DNA from: Psammoneis japonica
Taxonomy: Eukaryota
DNA length: 64,000 nucleotides
Direction of reading: 5' to 3'
Assembly: GCA_008632985.1 (NCBI GenBank)
Contig: QPGO01000006.1
Location: forward strand, 1 to 64,000
Positions 1-14,266 of this stretch are shown here, piece after piece (position 1 is the first letter of the stretch; each line of letters opens with the position of its first letter). Made by a program: the position numbers and the translations under genes. Under the pieces are notes generated by a model. That model saw only the letters and a list, made by a program, of their open reading frames with translations. It was not told the DNA's origin and made no database searches.

Positions 1-276
1 CGCTAACGCATGTCAGTCATGTCGCGTGGGTCGCGCAAAAGTGCGCACCGAAACAACCGTCATGTGTCACAATTAATTCGAACGCCCGGCGCAAAATGCA
101 GCAAAATGATTGGTGCAGGCAATCGTCATGGCTCTATTTTCTGATAGTAGCGAGGGCGGCAATCCAAAATCTTTCGGTTTCAGACTTCGATCTAGAGAGT
201 TCCACCTAAAAGAGGAGGAACCAATGCAGGGGCCCTAATTCAGCTCAGCTCAGCGCAATCAGCAACTCCCGACGTT

Positions 277-287
277 TGACTCATCCG
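277..287 (+). promoter_or_regulatory. TGACTCATCCG motif (AP-1/GCN4-type bZIP core) upstream of the NHE gene
   Basis: Same 11-mer recurs at 40513-40523 and 40535-40545 (minus strand), 46527-46537 and 47164-47174. Confidence 0.45.
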
Positions 288-602
288 ACCAAAATCGAAG
301 AAGCGCGACGACGACTCCGCATCGCCATGATGATGATGCGAGTTGACCGCTGCAGAAAGTGCGGCGCAGACATTACAGATAACATCACTGTAAAACCAAC
401 ATCCAACTTCAGTTTCTGCTTGCACACTCCCTTATTGCTTCAAGATAAATAGGTTTTGCTTTCCCTTCAGCTGCGAACGCTTGCACAAAAGTGTCGAGTA
501 TAACGAGTGTAACCATCAGAATTCTGCCTCCTGCTAAGAACAGTATTTTCAAGTGCTGATTGAATCGTGCGGCAAAGCAGCAGTGGTTTTGAGAGAGTCA
601 TC

Positions 603-2870
603 ATGTCGACAGCAACAGTCGAAAGCCGGTTTAGTGGTACTGGAACACATCAAAAGAGGAATAAGATATTCTCTCTTTTATTTTGCATGCTCGGGGTCTT
701 TCTGCTCTTTGTTTTTCTGGTGGAATCGTTCGATCACAAGTATCAGGCAACGAACGCATCATCGCAAGTGCGAATAACAAAGGATGACGATGACAGCATC
801 GACGACGACGGCAAACGAGATGACGTCTGTAAAGCATACGTGATGAAGTTTCTTAATGGGACAACGGATGATCGGGATGAATGCCAAGGCATGCTAAACG
901 CCTATGAAGCGGCAAGCTGCAAGAACAACGGTGGCAAGAACTCGTTTGTGATTGATGATGGCGACGATGACGACCATGCTGCAGACGACGTATTGATTGA
1001 CGATGCATATGAAGTGTGGGAGTGCTGTTCCTCCATCTACAAATTTTACACTCGAAATTGCCATTCGCCCGATCTCGCATCGTTTCAGCTGTTGGGAATT
1101 GTGTTTGTGTTGATTCTTTGTGGGTTGGCGACTGGGTACGTGCGGAATGATAGTTATCCACACTTCTACTTTTGAACGCGGTGTTTACTTATATTGTATC
1201 ACTTACCCTTGTTGTTACGGGATTATAGTATGATTCGAGCGCTCGAGATTATGTGGCTTCCAGATGCAGGCGCGTGCATACTGGTTGGAGCAATCGTTGG
1301 CGGAACAATCAAGTTGATATCTCCAAGATTGTCATTTGATAATGACAATCACAACTTGTCATCCTTCAACAACAACTTGTTTCTGCACTTTTTACTTCCT
1401 CCCATTATCTTTGCTTCCGCCTTGAAAATTGATAAACGCGCCTTTTGGAGACACATTGGTCCGATTTTGATGTTGGCCACGGTAGGCACGGCCTTGAGTG
1501 CCGTGTTGATTGGATTCATTGCATTCGGACTGACGCAGATTTCTGGGCATTCCACCAGCTTGCCTCTTCTTGATTCGCTCTTGTTTGGTTCCCTTGCATC
1601 ATCCATTGATCCCGTTGCTACCCTTGGTATCCTTGAAAGCTTGGGGGTCAGCCGCACGGACACTATCTACGCATTGGTATTTGGCGAATCACTGCTGAAC
1701 GATGGGGTCGCAATCGTCTTGTTTGAGTCACTCATACGACATGTTGGCGACTTGAAAAGCGCAGCATCCTTACATGATACAGTCCAGCGCTTCTTGCTTG
1801 TATCCGGTGGTTCACTCTCCATTGGTATCGCGTCGGGATTTTTTTGCATGGTGTACTTTTTCGTGCTGCAGAACAAGCACCCAGCAGTTATGGAGGTGTC
1901 TATGTTTTTCTGTTGGGCTCTTATTCCCTATTACATTAGTGACGCGCTTGGGCTTTCAGGTATCATATCCATCATGACTGCTGGATTTTTCATGGACTAC
2001 TTCGTCATTGGTGGATGTCAGTCGGAAGAAACGCAATGGATGGATTATCTCGAATTCGAGTGTCTAGAGGCATCAGCTATGACAGAGAGAACCGGAAACC
2101 ACCGTCGATCGGGTGTTTTGACTTGGCTCTGCAAATTGAAACGCCTGCTGTTTTCGGGAAGAGGATGCATGTCTGCGAGATCGTCACGTCACGTTGGATT
2201 TGTTTCCGAGACGATTGCAACGCTTACAGAGACAGCCATTTTCGCATATTTGGGGTTATTTTTGTTTAGTAACAAGTACATGGCTGACCTACAATTGAAT
2301 GCAGCTGCTATTCTTAGCTGTGTGGTGAGCCGTGGGATAATGGTGCTGGTTCTAAGCTTGTTCCTAAATGGGTTGATGAAGTTAGATTTGATATGGAGGA
2401 TGAAGCAGTGCTTTAGAAGACTTAATTCTCCCAATAGCAATCAAAACGGGAGCTACGACGATGACGAGACTACAGTGGAATCATCAATAACGACGGGCGA
2501 CATCAAAACCTACCTGACGAGGGATACTCAGATGATCCTTTTCCTATCGGGTGTCAGAGGTGCTGTTTCCTTTGCGCTCGTTGAGAATATACCTTTGTAC
2601 AACGCTGTTACCAGAAGCGGCTCGTCGTACAAGGCGGAACTAAAGGCCATGACATCGTCATCTATACTCTTCACATTGTTTGTATTTGGGGCCGCGACAT
2701 ACGTTCGAGTGAAACGTTCTCAACATCAGCAAACACCTATGCCTGTGAGTGGTGCGAGTCGTGGACTAATGCAGCGGCTTTTGAGCCAGCCACTTGCTTC
2801 ATCTGATGAAGATTCATCCGATGAAGGAGATGACGAGAGCCGCGAAACGCCTTCGTTCCATAGGCACTAA
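603..2870 (+). CDS. Na+/H+ exchanger (CPA1/NHE family), 2 exons (603-1135, 1229-2870)
   Basis: Motifs FLHFLLPPIIF, FGSLASSIDPVATL, LVFGESLLNDGVAIVLF and SGVRGAVSFAL. GT-AG intron 1136-1228 joins the two ORFs in frame (LATG|MIRALE). Confidence 0.93.
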
Positions 2871-2999
2871 ATCTCTTTCTTCAGTTTTCGGCCGCACTTT
2901 AGACGATAGAGCGATATGTCCCTATATAACACTCTATGTTGCCGTTCTCTATATTCAATATGGGTGGGTTGCTGCATCGTTACCACGCAGCTAAACCGC

Positions 3000-5900
3000 G
3001 TTTGTATCAGAAGCGTTGGAGCAACATGGTTCTCTTTCCCTCTAAAAGACCCAACACGTACCGGTGCTCCAAAAGAGATTCAAGATGAAGTCCCCAAAGG
3101 TACAATCCGAAGAGACATGTTTAGCTTCTTTCAAGTGCAGCAAGCTGACTTCGAATACCACCGCTGGCGAGTTTGTCTTCCAACTCTATACGCCGTGGTG
3201 GCATATGCTGGATTGCAAGATCTGCGCAAGCCAGAAACATGTTTCTTCCAGAGTTCATCATTATTGTGTTCGTCGCGACACAAACAAATCCTCTTCAATT
3301 AAACCCACGACTGGTCGATTTTGTTGTTGTGTTTTCAAAGTCACGCCCTCCCCAAAGCGCGAATCTAGAACGTTGTTTTATCAGAACGGATGCATGCTCG
3401 TTTCGTCTTTCGAAAATCGGTAAATGTACCAAACGATGCTTCACGACATGTCGTCGTCGTCGTCGTGAGTAGTTCCAAGAAATAACAGCTTTTTCCAATT
3501 CGCATCACTTGAAAATTGATGCAGTAGAAATGGCAACGCGACCTTGTGCAAATCACCCCACTGTTCACTGCGTTGCGGATGACACGGATGAAACCATCAT
3601 CTGAACGGCATGCTTTGTCTATATTTGGAAGAAGATTCTTCTTTTTTCGCTGCAGCCTTGCGTCGTTTTGGAGGCATTGGTGCAAACGATGCTGAAAGAG
3701 CGACGGCAGATTATCATGGGCGAGTGCAAGAACAAGAGAGAAAACTATTACAGACATGCACATGTGATGATCCTGGGTCAGACCAAAACGACACAATCAT
3801 CAGGCGATCTTTGCGGCAGTACCACGAGAAAAGATCCAGCATGCGCACGCTGACGGGCTGTTCGCGCTGTGACCAAAAGCGGGGGAAATATCAAATAGAT
3901 TCATACAATCGTGAAGAATACAAGGGATGTAGAGTTATGATCCCGTACAATGAAAATGTGGCAAATGGCATTGCGAACGGAACACAAGCAACTGTGGCAA
4001 AAGTCGTGCTGAAACCAGGAGAACATTCATCGCAAGTGGTCTTGGACTGTGGAACATCCATTCGAGGTGTCACAGCATCCCAGGTGGATCATGTAGAACT
4101 CAAGCATAGCAACAAAAGCATCGATCCACCCACCTTTTGCTCAAGCCTGAGTCTTCCACTTTCAAAGCCTGTTCAAAGGACCCAACCCAACAGATGACAG
4201 CTGAGGAAAAAGAGAAACACATGCTCGGACTGAAAGTAACCCAATTGCCATTCATGACAAACAATGCGACTACAGGACACAAGCTTCAAGGAAGCGGTGT
4301 CGACAATGTGTTTGTGCGCAGCTGGAGCCACACACAAAACTGGGCATGTGTCATGCTCTCCAGGGTTGAGACCAGAAATGGTGTGTATCTTCGGCAACCG
4401 CTGAAGAGAGATTTAAGTCTGTGCAGACTGCCGGACGGGTGCAATGCCCTGCTCCGGTTGATGGAAGGAAAAAGTGTCATGTGCTTCACCAACGAACAGT
4501 GTGGCGACATTTTGCAGTCCAATTGACACATGGAACATTTTGACACTGCATGTGGGAATTATTTCTACATTTTGGAAAACATTCCAAGCTTTGTGCGCGG
4601 GCTTGCAGGCGTGCCCGGCAACAACCGATAGAAAACAAAGGGTCCAATCTAATGAATCGATGTCAGCACATCATTGCAATGACAGACACACTCAGCAACC
4701 AGTGATGCACAACGTCAGGACAGTTCTCTTGTCATCTGCCATAGAACGATCACACCAGAATTGTCAAAAAGGGGAAACCCACGTCTCTTCTTACAACACA
4801 TCCATGCACGAATGCAAGAATTAAATCGCCATTTTTTGATGTGATGTTAAAACACAAACACAGAATTGCATCGCACATCAATTGGTTGCGAACCCATCAT
4901 TTGAGCGTGAGAATTTTTTAAAAAATGATTGGTGGCAAGTAAAGATCAAAGCTCTAGAATTTGATGCTCGCGTGCATGGCAATCCAAACCAGCCCGGGTT
5001 CCACACCTCCTCACTTCGTGTCCAGAGTTCCCACCACAAAGGAGGAACCAATTTGAATGAGTAAAATGGGCAATGGGTCTCCCTGCACAAACCATGGCAC
5101 ACATTTGTACGTGAAACCTGCCAATCACACAACGTGACCTCGCAAAACCATCTGCAGATCCCACGACACGATCGTTCCCATGGACCCACGCTTTCTCGTG
5201 CAAGGGCACACAGTTGATTCAATCGACGTGTTGCATTGACTCAATTGCCTTGAAATCGTGGATCTGTCTGACTCTGCCATGTCCAACATCTTTCTTGCAC
5301 TCATCATTGTGCACTTCATTCTCTCGCTTCCAGCTCCACTTCATTCTCTGGCTTCCAGTTCTTGTCGGGGGCATCGAGATCGACGTTCGCTTCTTCCGTC
5401 GCTGTGTTTTTGGCCTCTTTCCTTGGGTGTTTCCAAAGAGCTGGACGACAACGGCAAGTCAACGACCGGCTTGTGCACCCAAGTTTCATGCCTTGACAAT
5501 CACATCTGACTGTGTTCTTGCGTTGTTGCCGCCTTGATGTGGGAGCCGGCATTTGCTGACGACCGCGATTGTGGAGAAGAGGACATCAAGCACTTCTGGT
5601 GCACCGTGCATCTCTTGGTTCGGATGTTTGCTGTCGACGCGTTCCAGACGCAGGTGGGAATCCGTGTGACATTGGGCCCGCAGACTTCTGCGTGCGAGCT
5701 CCGCAGTAAAATCATGCGGCAATTAAAGTGTCAATGATCGCCAACAGAAAATGAGGCAATTTTGCGAGTGCACAAACTTGCACATGATTGAAGCACATCA
5801 TTTTTTACTTGGCCAGTTGCATTCTTCAGACATTGAAGAATGCAACTGGCGCATTGTTGTTTCTATAAATTTGTGGTGTAAAACGTCTGGGGCTTCACAA

Positions 5901-8900
5901 AACAGCGAGTCTGGACAATTTTTTTTAAATGTCACACGTAGAAATCTACGTACGAAACATGCGACGGATGACAAAAATTGTTGTTGTCACACGTCAGCAC
6001 TACGAGCTCCCGCCCAGGGCTGGAACGCGTCTGTCTTTTGTTGCAGTCGTGCAATTGGTGTCAATGCAAAGCGGGTGTGGCGCATTTTTTGTAGCCCGAC
6101 GTTCCACAGTCAAGATGGTGGGTGAAACAACTCCAATCGCAGCAGCGCTCATCAAATTTGTTTGCAAGAAGGCACTCCGCGCAGCCAAAGGGCACACTTC
6201 CAGCATTGGATCCAAGGAAGACCCTTTGATTTTGCTGGCGAGTGTTGACATTGGAGAAGTCGTTTGTGCCGCTGACAAGAAGATCGCTGGCATTGAGATC
6301 CATCTGCTCATCGCGTCGGCACACGGACTTGACTCAACACAATGCATTGGACTTGCATCTCTGGTTTTCTGGTGCTTTGCTCCGTGGACATTCAAGTGTT
6401 GCAATGAAGGCTGTTTCAGGAAGGGACTGGAGTCGACCATTGAGTTGCTCAATGCCAAGCACAAATGAGGACAAACTGCAATTCTCAAACCGGGTTCGGG
6501 ACACATCGAAATGCAAGCAAAAATTCTCAAGGTGCATTTCAATGACAAGTCAGTTCCCTGTTGCACCATCCTCTTGCCCAACAAAAAGGAAATTCTGCAA
6601 ACGGATGAGTCGCAGTCAATGAAAGAGCTGCCTCCAACTCGTTGCAAGTATTTTGAAGACGATTTTGACGACGACGAGGACTAATTTGAATGAAGCAGGG
6701 AAATGATGTCTGTGTGGCACGTTTTGTTGAGCTCAAAAAGGTTCTGGCCGAAATGAACGCTGTGGTCCATGCATGCGTGGTGGCCTCACCAATGTGGGAA
6801 CCTGTCGGTGAGACAACACAAAAAAGCAATCCTGTGCACGACATTTGAGTTCTGCTTTTGGGGAAATTTAGCTGCGTCGGAATGGAAAGAACTTGTCAAA
6901 ATGACACTGCGAACAATGCCCACTCTCTCCACATGTTGCTTGTTTGGCACTGATTGTCTTTTGAGTTCTGCAGCATTTGTTTTTGATGCAATGTGTTCCA
7001 CATTTACGGCAGCTCTGTTGGGCCGGAGCGATGCTGAGCTTCCGACCATGCAACTGCTCGCACTCACTCTCTGCCAGACACAGATGCAACCATTGATGTT
7101 TCTTTTGGTTGTGGCATGCTGCGTGCTTTTGACGACGACAAAACTTGATGGATTTGTTGTCACATTTCCAATGGGTCGTCATCATCGTGCAAATCACAAT
7201 GCTCCGCCATGTGATCAATGGAAAAAGACATGTCTTCTTCGTCTTCCCATGATGATTCTTCTTCTTCTGCTTGCAGTTGTTGTCTCGCAAGAGCCGTCAT
7301 GCGATGCGACGACGATTGTCGATGAGAAGACTGTTTCATGCCACCAATGGACGACATGGAGGTAGACATGACTTCGCTCGCAGCCATGCTGGGAGTCATG
7401 TCACTTGCCAAACTGTGCGCATCCACTTGAAGGATTCATCATTGATTGTGTGCTTGCTGGAAACAACCGATGCTGCCATTGTCGCACCTGCAGCGCCATC
7501 TTTGCCACACTGGGGCCTGTCGTCCATGGCGCAGCAGTTGTCGTCATCTTGCTTTGATGTTTTTGTTTGGTCTTTTTGTTTCTCATTGCTCGTTTTGCTG
7601 GTCCGCGTCTGGTCTTGGGTCGTTTCTGCACTTTCCACCAAACTGCCAATGCAAGTGCCACGGCTGCCACGCAGACACCACAACTCCCGCATTGTTGCTG
7701 CTGCATTTCTTGGAAGACTTCAATGACTTGCACATTTGAGGCTTCTTGCAAAAACTCGTTGCATCGCCCAAGGCTTGCCGTTGCACCACATGCACAAATT
7801 CTGTTTCAACGGGACTGCCTTGAAAAAAACTTGGCCCATGCACTTCAAAGTCGTGGCAGTTGTCAACAAGACTCGATTTGATTTTTGCAAGCCCAAATCA
7901 ATGCGGGCTGTCCGTGGCAAACTTTGAACAAAGGATCTCATCAAGCATTGTGAACGGGAATCAAACGGCCCTCATTGATTCAGGCATTCCTGTCAATCTC
8001 GTGACACGCTCCGACGAACAATTGGAACGACTTTGCACCCAGGAAACACTTGAACTTCGCCCACAACATCTTCCGTGCACGGAGGACTTGCAGTCGCTAG
8101 TCCAGCCTCCACAAGCACGTCCAACTGATGGCATCCGTGTTGTCTGGGCCCAAGTAGAGTGCAGGAGGATGCCGGCACAGCCGTGCAGGTTTGCCAACTG
8201 CTTTGAGCAGCAACCGTTGGGTGCCTCGATGCATCATTGGATGCGCGTCCTGACTTAGATTCAAAACTGAATGCCGAGTCCAAGAAGACAGTCACACCAT
8301 CATAAAAAAATCAGTGAGACGCTAACTGCAGTTCGTGAGCGAGCAACATCTTGGACAGAGAGAGTGAGTGCGAAAGCACACTTGAAAAAGCCAACGCTTC
8401 CCAAGTCCCAACAGCAGCGTGCCTGGACCCCAGGGATCTTTTGCATCTTCGCCACTCGCAGCATCACTTTTAAAAAAAGAATTTCCTGTGTCACTGCAAA
8501 ATCAGTGTCTGTTGTCAAGGGTCGAAGACAAAGGGCATTGCATTCTCTCTCAGTTGATGAAAATTGAGTTGGGGGGACGTCTGCAATGCAATGCACTGCC
8601 CATCTTGCGTTGGGGGTGCCAATTTTCTGTGACACCTCACTCTTCAGCCGAACTTGACGCCGATGATGGCAACAAAAGGGTTCCGGGGCTTCCACTCCGC
8701 TTCATCACAAACATGCGGAACAAAACATTTTGCACGAAAAAGACACAGTCAAGTCGAGATTTCACAGAGCAAACAGCAGAGGCGTCGCTTCATCTCCTTC
8801 TCCCTCACAGGACCGGCAAACAGACAATCACGAATCTTTGCCCCCTCTGCATCCTTGCTGTTGACGTTGATTCAACCAAAACCAAAATCGCTGGTCACCC

Positions 8901-10720
8901 GCAGGATTCAAAAAGGCCTCAATGCACAACAATGGAGACAAAACATGCCGTCAAGGGTGGCGACCACTTGAGACGCAATGAGACGACTCCAGAGAGCATG
9001 ACAATTCTTGAGGAGAGACGACGCGACTCAAACTGACGGAGTCGACCCCACAGTTCCTGCAGAGCTTCTCACTCGACGCCAGACTTTCCTTCTTAAGAGT
9101 GCAGCATCAATGACGATGCATCGCAGCTGCTGTTGACGCCAAGGGCAGAGTCACTTTGTTTGCTCTTGGTGTGAATCCTTGCCTTGGCGGCGACACGTTG
9201 TGCTTTAGCCTCAAATTCCCAAGTGAGCTTGGATGCTGGAATGGCCAACATGCCAATGGAAAGACCACCGTCATCAATGCAACAGACTTGGTGCACCACG
9301 GAAAGTCTCCTTCGGGACCGCCATGTCCGGCAAGCATGAGCATCGACGTGCACATGATTGCACCGATTGAGCCAAAGCCCTCTGCGTCTTGCATGTCTTT
9401 GACATGGCGCGGGTGACAGAAATGTCAGAGGAAGGCGCAAAGAGCACCAGGTGGACACACATGATGAGGGCCACCTGCAAGGGTGACCCTTGCAACACAA
9501 TCTGCCACCCTGGAAATGCATTGGGTTTGCTGAGTCCGCCACCCTGGGAAAAGGATTGAGTCAGTTGAGTGCGAGGCAATCTGAGGAAAAGAAGACAGGA
9601 CAAGGTTGGAAACTCCACCCGCAAGACCAGCTCTTGCGGGAAAAGAGAAAGGTGGCCAATGAATCAATGAAGAGCAACAGTCTCTTGATGGGTGCCATGT
9701 GGCTGCATTTCTTTGATTCCACAATGGCAACGAGGAGAGTGACACACCCAATTAGAAAGAGTGTGGATGATGCTCCTTCTTCGATGAGAAACGTGTCTTT
9801 CTTGTGCTTGGAGTGCGGATCCATCGACAATCCGAAATCAAAAGCGTTGGAGCAATGTGGCTCTCTTTCCCTCTGAAAAAGACTCAATTTTTGACTTGCA
9901 TGTGCACCATGTGCCTTAGCATTTCCTGCATGATGGCAGCAGCATGTGCCACTGCTGCCAATTTGGCTTGGTGGGTCCAAATTTACATGCCGTGGACCAC
10001 ATTGTCAGGCAATTGTGGCAAGAGGAATCCCTGTGAGAGCTTCACCGTCTCCACACAGAGGTGTGCAATAGGTTGAGAGTCGATTGCCGCAAAAATTGAG
10101 CTAAATTTCTTGTCTTCTGCTGTCCTTTTCTTGTGCGAAGGCTCGAACTTCGTTTGCTTCGGCTGTTTGACGTGAGGATCACCAGGACGCAAATAATCAG
10201 GTGCATCGTCAGACTCGGAATGTTCACTTTTCTTTGGATTCGTCGCTCTTCTCTGCTTCAAATGTCGGTCATTCCCTCGCAAATGAAGTTTCCACTGTTC
10301 CTTTCCGCAAACAGCACTGAGAAGACACATGATGCCAAGCGCGGTGCTCAGATGCTTCACATTTTTTCTCTCGATACGATTGATGTGGCTCTGATCTTGA
10401 AAACATGGCCATTGTTCGCGTTGCCGCAGTTTGTGAGTGTGATCATTGTGTGTCGCATTGCGACCCCGAGTCATGATTGCGGCGGGATTCAATTTCTCAC
10501 ATGCACCACAATGACGTGTGATCGTGTTGCACCCGAACGACCACAAAACGATGGAATAGATTCACCTAGACGGTTCCCCCGTTGTGGCGTGTTGGTACAA
10601 CCGTCCTTTGAATACAAGCAATCGCAGCTCCACATACACTGTTGCGGTTCGAGCCGCCAAACGCCAAACGCCACAACCATCATTGCGAGTCGTGCACGTG
10701 ACTGAAAGCGCGGCATTAAT
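3000..10720. mobile_element. Degenerate TE block including a Helitron-like PIF1 helicase remnant; TpA-depleted from about 4.2 kb
   Basis: PIF1 motifs at 3.9-4.5 kb. Shared segment 3011-3050 / 9842-9883. Broken Tyr-free, Cys/His-rich ORFs throughout. Most of 5-10.7 kb is not assignable to a family. Confidence 0.6.
3610..4526 (+). pseudogene. PIF1-family helicase C-terminal part (Helitron RepHel-like), frameshifted near 4140
   Basis: YKGCRVM..NENVANGIANGTQATV; QLPFMTNNATTGHKLQG; NWACVMLSRV, equivalent to PIF1 motif VI YVALSRV with Y->C. Confidence 0.8.
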
Positions 10721-11034
10721 TCATGTTGGCGTTTTCCCGCGCTTTTTTCCAATATTTACAACGTATTTACTCTTTAATACGTGATATTTGACTGTATAGT
10801 CTAAATAGAGCTTTCATTAATTTATAGCATCTGTAATGACATAGGTGATAATTATTATTCAAGATGCTTCAGTAATATAAACTTTCTTATTTCAAAAAAG
10901 TGGGACTTCAACAAAAAATCGAAATTTTTAGCCATCGAAATTTTTCCAACGAAGCGGTGATCGGAAAGAAAACAGCATAAATCCTTCCGTTGAAGTCATT
11001 ACGTCAATCCTCAATACCTCTTTTTTTATCGACG

Positions 11035-12312
11035 ATGAGCGAAGGCGGGTTTTTACCATGGAAGAGGCAGCACGAAAAGCAATTCGCTACAGCGGCTGAT
11101 TACCGTGGGTTGAAGAATCCTTTGCCGCATCCGCCGGCAGGGAAAAGATGGCATCAAGATGAAGAAACGCGAGAATGGAGTCTAAAGTCTGACAGCGAAC
11201 ACGAGCGCAAGGATGAAGAAGAGAAAGTGCTGCACTGCATACCAGATATTGTCAACGAAGATTCGAAAACAAATGAAGGTGCAGATGAATGCGGAGACGA
11301 ATGGAGCTTGCTTTCCGACAAAATTTCAACCGGGTCAATCGGAGGCACGGGTGTGTTTGTTAACCGAGCTGGTTCCATATGTTCCATCACGTCGTTTTCG
11401 TCCAATCACTCGTCATCCACCGTTTCTTGTTCTGTGGACTATGTTGAGCATGTGGTGCTCCCTTCTGATACGCTTCAAGGTATTTGTCTTGCCTATAAAG
11501 TGAGTGGTATCACTTGAATTCTTTCCGTTTCCCGATGACGACTAGTTCTAACATTCTCGATGCTCCTTTTGTAGGTAAACGCAACTCGCATCCGGCAAGC
11601 AAACCACTTTAGTGGCAATTCGTTGCTCTTGGCTCCAAAGACATTGATAATCCCCATTACGAAGAGAGCTCAGCGAAGTGGGAAGATGTTTATTCAGTCG
11701 AAGGATACGCACGAGTACAAAATGTCTGCCTTTCGCGCCGAATGCCCAGACTATAGCTTGTCGGAATCCAAAGCGTCAGTACTCCTATTCTATCGTTTGT
11801 AATCTTGACTCCATCATGATACTCAAGGCCAAATGGTCGTTTTGTTTGTAGCTATCTCGAATTGAGTGACTGGGATTTGCACGAAGCAATTCGGTCCGCA
11901 CGAGAGGACAGCGAATGGGAAAAGCAGGAGACCTTTGATAATGATCCGGCGGGTGCCACCGACATTAAAATCACCGTTAAATGCGATGAACGAGGCGCAA
12001 TGGGCTTCACGACAATTGGAGCCGGTATTCAGCCGAGGGCAGCGCCGAAACCACCATCCGCAGCCAACCAGGTAATTTATGAAGGCGTTCCGGCCATTGC
12101 AACCAAAACAGTCACTCCCCAAGACGTTTACAATGTAAGTGACTCGTTCTCTATTGCTTGGATGACACTATAGCTAGTTAGACCAATTTGCTTCTTTCTT
12201 GTGTGTTTGTTTGCAACATTGTGCTGTTTAGGCCGCACCTCAGCATGATAACTTTGGTGTTGAATTGCAGCCACTAGTAAAGTCTTCTTCGGCTGGCGAT
12301 GAGGAAAGTTAA
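11035..12312 (+). CDS. LysM-domain protein with UBA-like segment, 4 exons (11035-11499, 11575-11774, 11852-12134, 12232-12312)
   Basis: Splicing gives HVVLPSDTLQGICLAYK|VNATRIRQANHFSGNSLLLAPKTLIIP (LysM) and ESKA|YLELSDWDLHEAI. Three GT-AG introns keep the frame to TAA at 12310-12312. Confidence 0.85.
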
Positions 12313-12522
12313 CTTGAACCTGATCGGTATTGGCATGGCTTTGGGAAAGAGGAGTACTTGGACACAAATGAGGGGAAGTAGTAGTGATATCTCTTTAAAT
12401 GAAGTAAATTTGTATCGTCAAGTATAAACTTGAGAGAGCTCGCAAAATTATTACTCTAGCTGCAACGCTTGTTATAGATAGTATTACGAATGGCAATCCC
12501 TATACAAAACACACTCCGATTG

Positions 12523-13677
12523 TTACTCTTTAGAAAAGGGTCCTCCAAGAGTATCATCATGAAAAATCTGTTCCATTTCCAGTGCCCACTCCTGCACCAA
12601 ATACCGATTGACACAAACTATATTGGACCAGTAGTGGTTTGAATAATGAAGCATCCAACAGTTCGTAATCCTCCACAACTTTTTCTTGCCAGCCCAATAG
12701 CACGTGAAGTGCAGACCATTCATGTACGTAATGGCGTCTTGCAAGGATTGCCCACTCCAGGGTCCCTTCCAGTTGTATCCAAATTCGACATACTCTGTTC
12801 GCTCGAGCGTCTGTTTTGCTCCCTTGAGAACATCAAAGTCAGCTCCCTCTACATTGGTGGTGGAGAGAATTTTAATCCGACCCTTTGGAATGTGCTTTTG
12901 GGCGTAGCTATCGAGCGTCATGCGTTCCACAGCCACGCATCCTTGATCTTTTCCATTCTTACACTCTTTCTTATTCGCCTCGGTCGGATAATACATCGTG
13001 CCTAGTGAGTTCGAAATGGCAGCATTTGTTACGATAAGCCCCTGCTTATCCAAGCCCGTAACTACCGACGCATGTTTGATTGCCTTTACGGATGACGGCA
13101 CGTGCTCAATACAATGCACTTGCGCCGATCGAGTAGGCCATTGATCAATGTTGAGATTACTCTCGTACCCACAGACAGGTTTTGCTCCATCGACACCCAG
13201 CGCTTGTTTCCACGCATCATTGTCCGCCTGCTTTATTGCACCACCCATTCTTAGCATGCGAACTGCGTCAAATCCGTGCGTACAACCGACATTGATGCCA
13301 ATGAATGGAGCTCTCCCCTGGAGTTGCTTGTAGTGACTCCACAACCAGTTTCTCGAGTCGGGGCATTTTGTTGCTACCGTTACACTGCATTCGTTTCTCC
13401 ATGGCTTATGAAAACAAGCATCTATGGCAGGTAATTGTCGCATAATTCTTTCCATCTGACCGGGACTGCATTGTGGAGGCTCCCCATAGATACTCTTGTG
13501 AGACGTTCTTGGATTCTGAGCCTGTGAGAAAAAGTACATTGAAACAATATGCCCAAACAGAACGATATTTATGCCGATCAACGCGAGAATACTGGAGTCA
13601 TAGCAATAACATATACCACGCCGACGACGTGGGTTGTTCTTTCTGACTGAAGGCAGCGGTAAGCGACGTGACGCCAT
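12523..13677 (-). CDS. Type II membrane FkbM-like (Methyltransf_21) methyltransferase-domain protein
   Basis: N-terminal TM helix, then FIGINVGCTHGFD, VHCIEHVP, TLDSY and NVEGADFDVLKGAKQTL...YVEFGY, which follow the FkbM pattern. Confidence 0.7.
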   Translation of the reverse strand: MASRRLPLPSVRKNNPRRRRGICYCYDSSILALIGINIVLFGHIVSMYFFSQAQNPRTSHKSIYGEPPQCSPGQMERIMRQLPAIDACFHKPWRNECSVTVATKCPDSRNWLWSHYKQLQGRAPFIGINVGCTHGFDAVRMLRMGGAIKQADNDAWKQALGVDGAKPVCGYESNLNIDQWPTRSAQVHCIEHVPSSVKAIKHASVVTGLDKQGLIVTNAAISNSLGTMYYPTEANKKECKNGKDQGCVAVERMTLDSYAQKHIPKGRIKILSTTNVEGADFDVLKGAKQTLERTEYVEFGYNWKGPWSGQSLQDAITYMNGLHFTCYWAGKKKLWRITNCWMLHYSNHYWSNIVCVNRYLVQEWALEMEQIFHDDTLGGPFSKE

Positions 13678-13804
13678 GGTGTTATTTTGTGCTAAGCGGT
13701 GAGAAGAACACTGAACACTACTGGCGAGAGTAACACATCCCCCCAGCTCAGGGATGCTTCTTGCAACAGCGATCAACGCCTAAGTGGGAGTCTTGAACCA
13801 CGAC

Positions 13805-13888
13805 TACCCCAAAAAATGCCAGGTTCTACCCCAAAAAATGCCAGGTTACCCCAAAAAATGCCAGGTTCTACCCCAAAAAATGCCAGGT
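13805..13888. repeat. Minisatellite, 4 x ~21 bp (TACCCCAAAAAATGCCAGGT[TC])
   Basis: Four near-identical tandem copies read directly, between divergently transcribed genes. Confidence 0.9.
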
Positions 13889-14266
13889 GAAACGTTCGCA
13901 ACACCGTTCCTCGTCTTCGCAACGTTACCCCCTTGCAGCGACAACAGCGCGCTTTCGCACGCCCTATGTTGGACGTGTTTTTTTTAGGCGCTCGAACTGT
14001 GAAAACAAGAATTCCTTCGCGTCGCGGGCGTATCATTCACAAAGAGATATATTTAGTATAAGTCAATAAATAACTTAAGTACCGATATTTACTATTAATA
14101 TCTGTTTAAAAATCAATGTCAATCGTACTTCGCTATAATCAGCGAATTTTGCAATCGCTCACATTTTTTGAGTGTTTTCGACACACAACGACAACTAATA
14201 ACCAGCGAGTGCATGAAGCACCATTGTTGATTGCATTCTTTTCATTCTCAGGATACAAAAAGCAAA

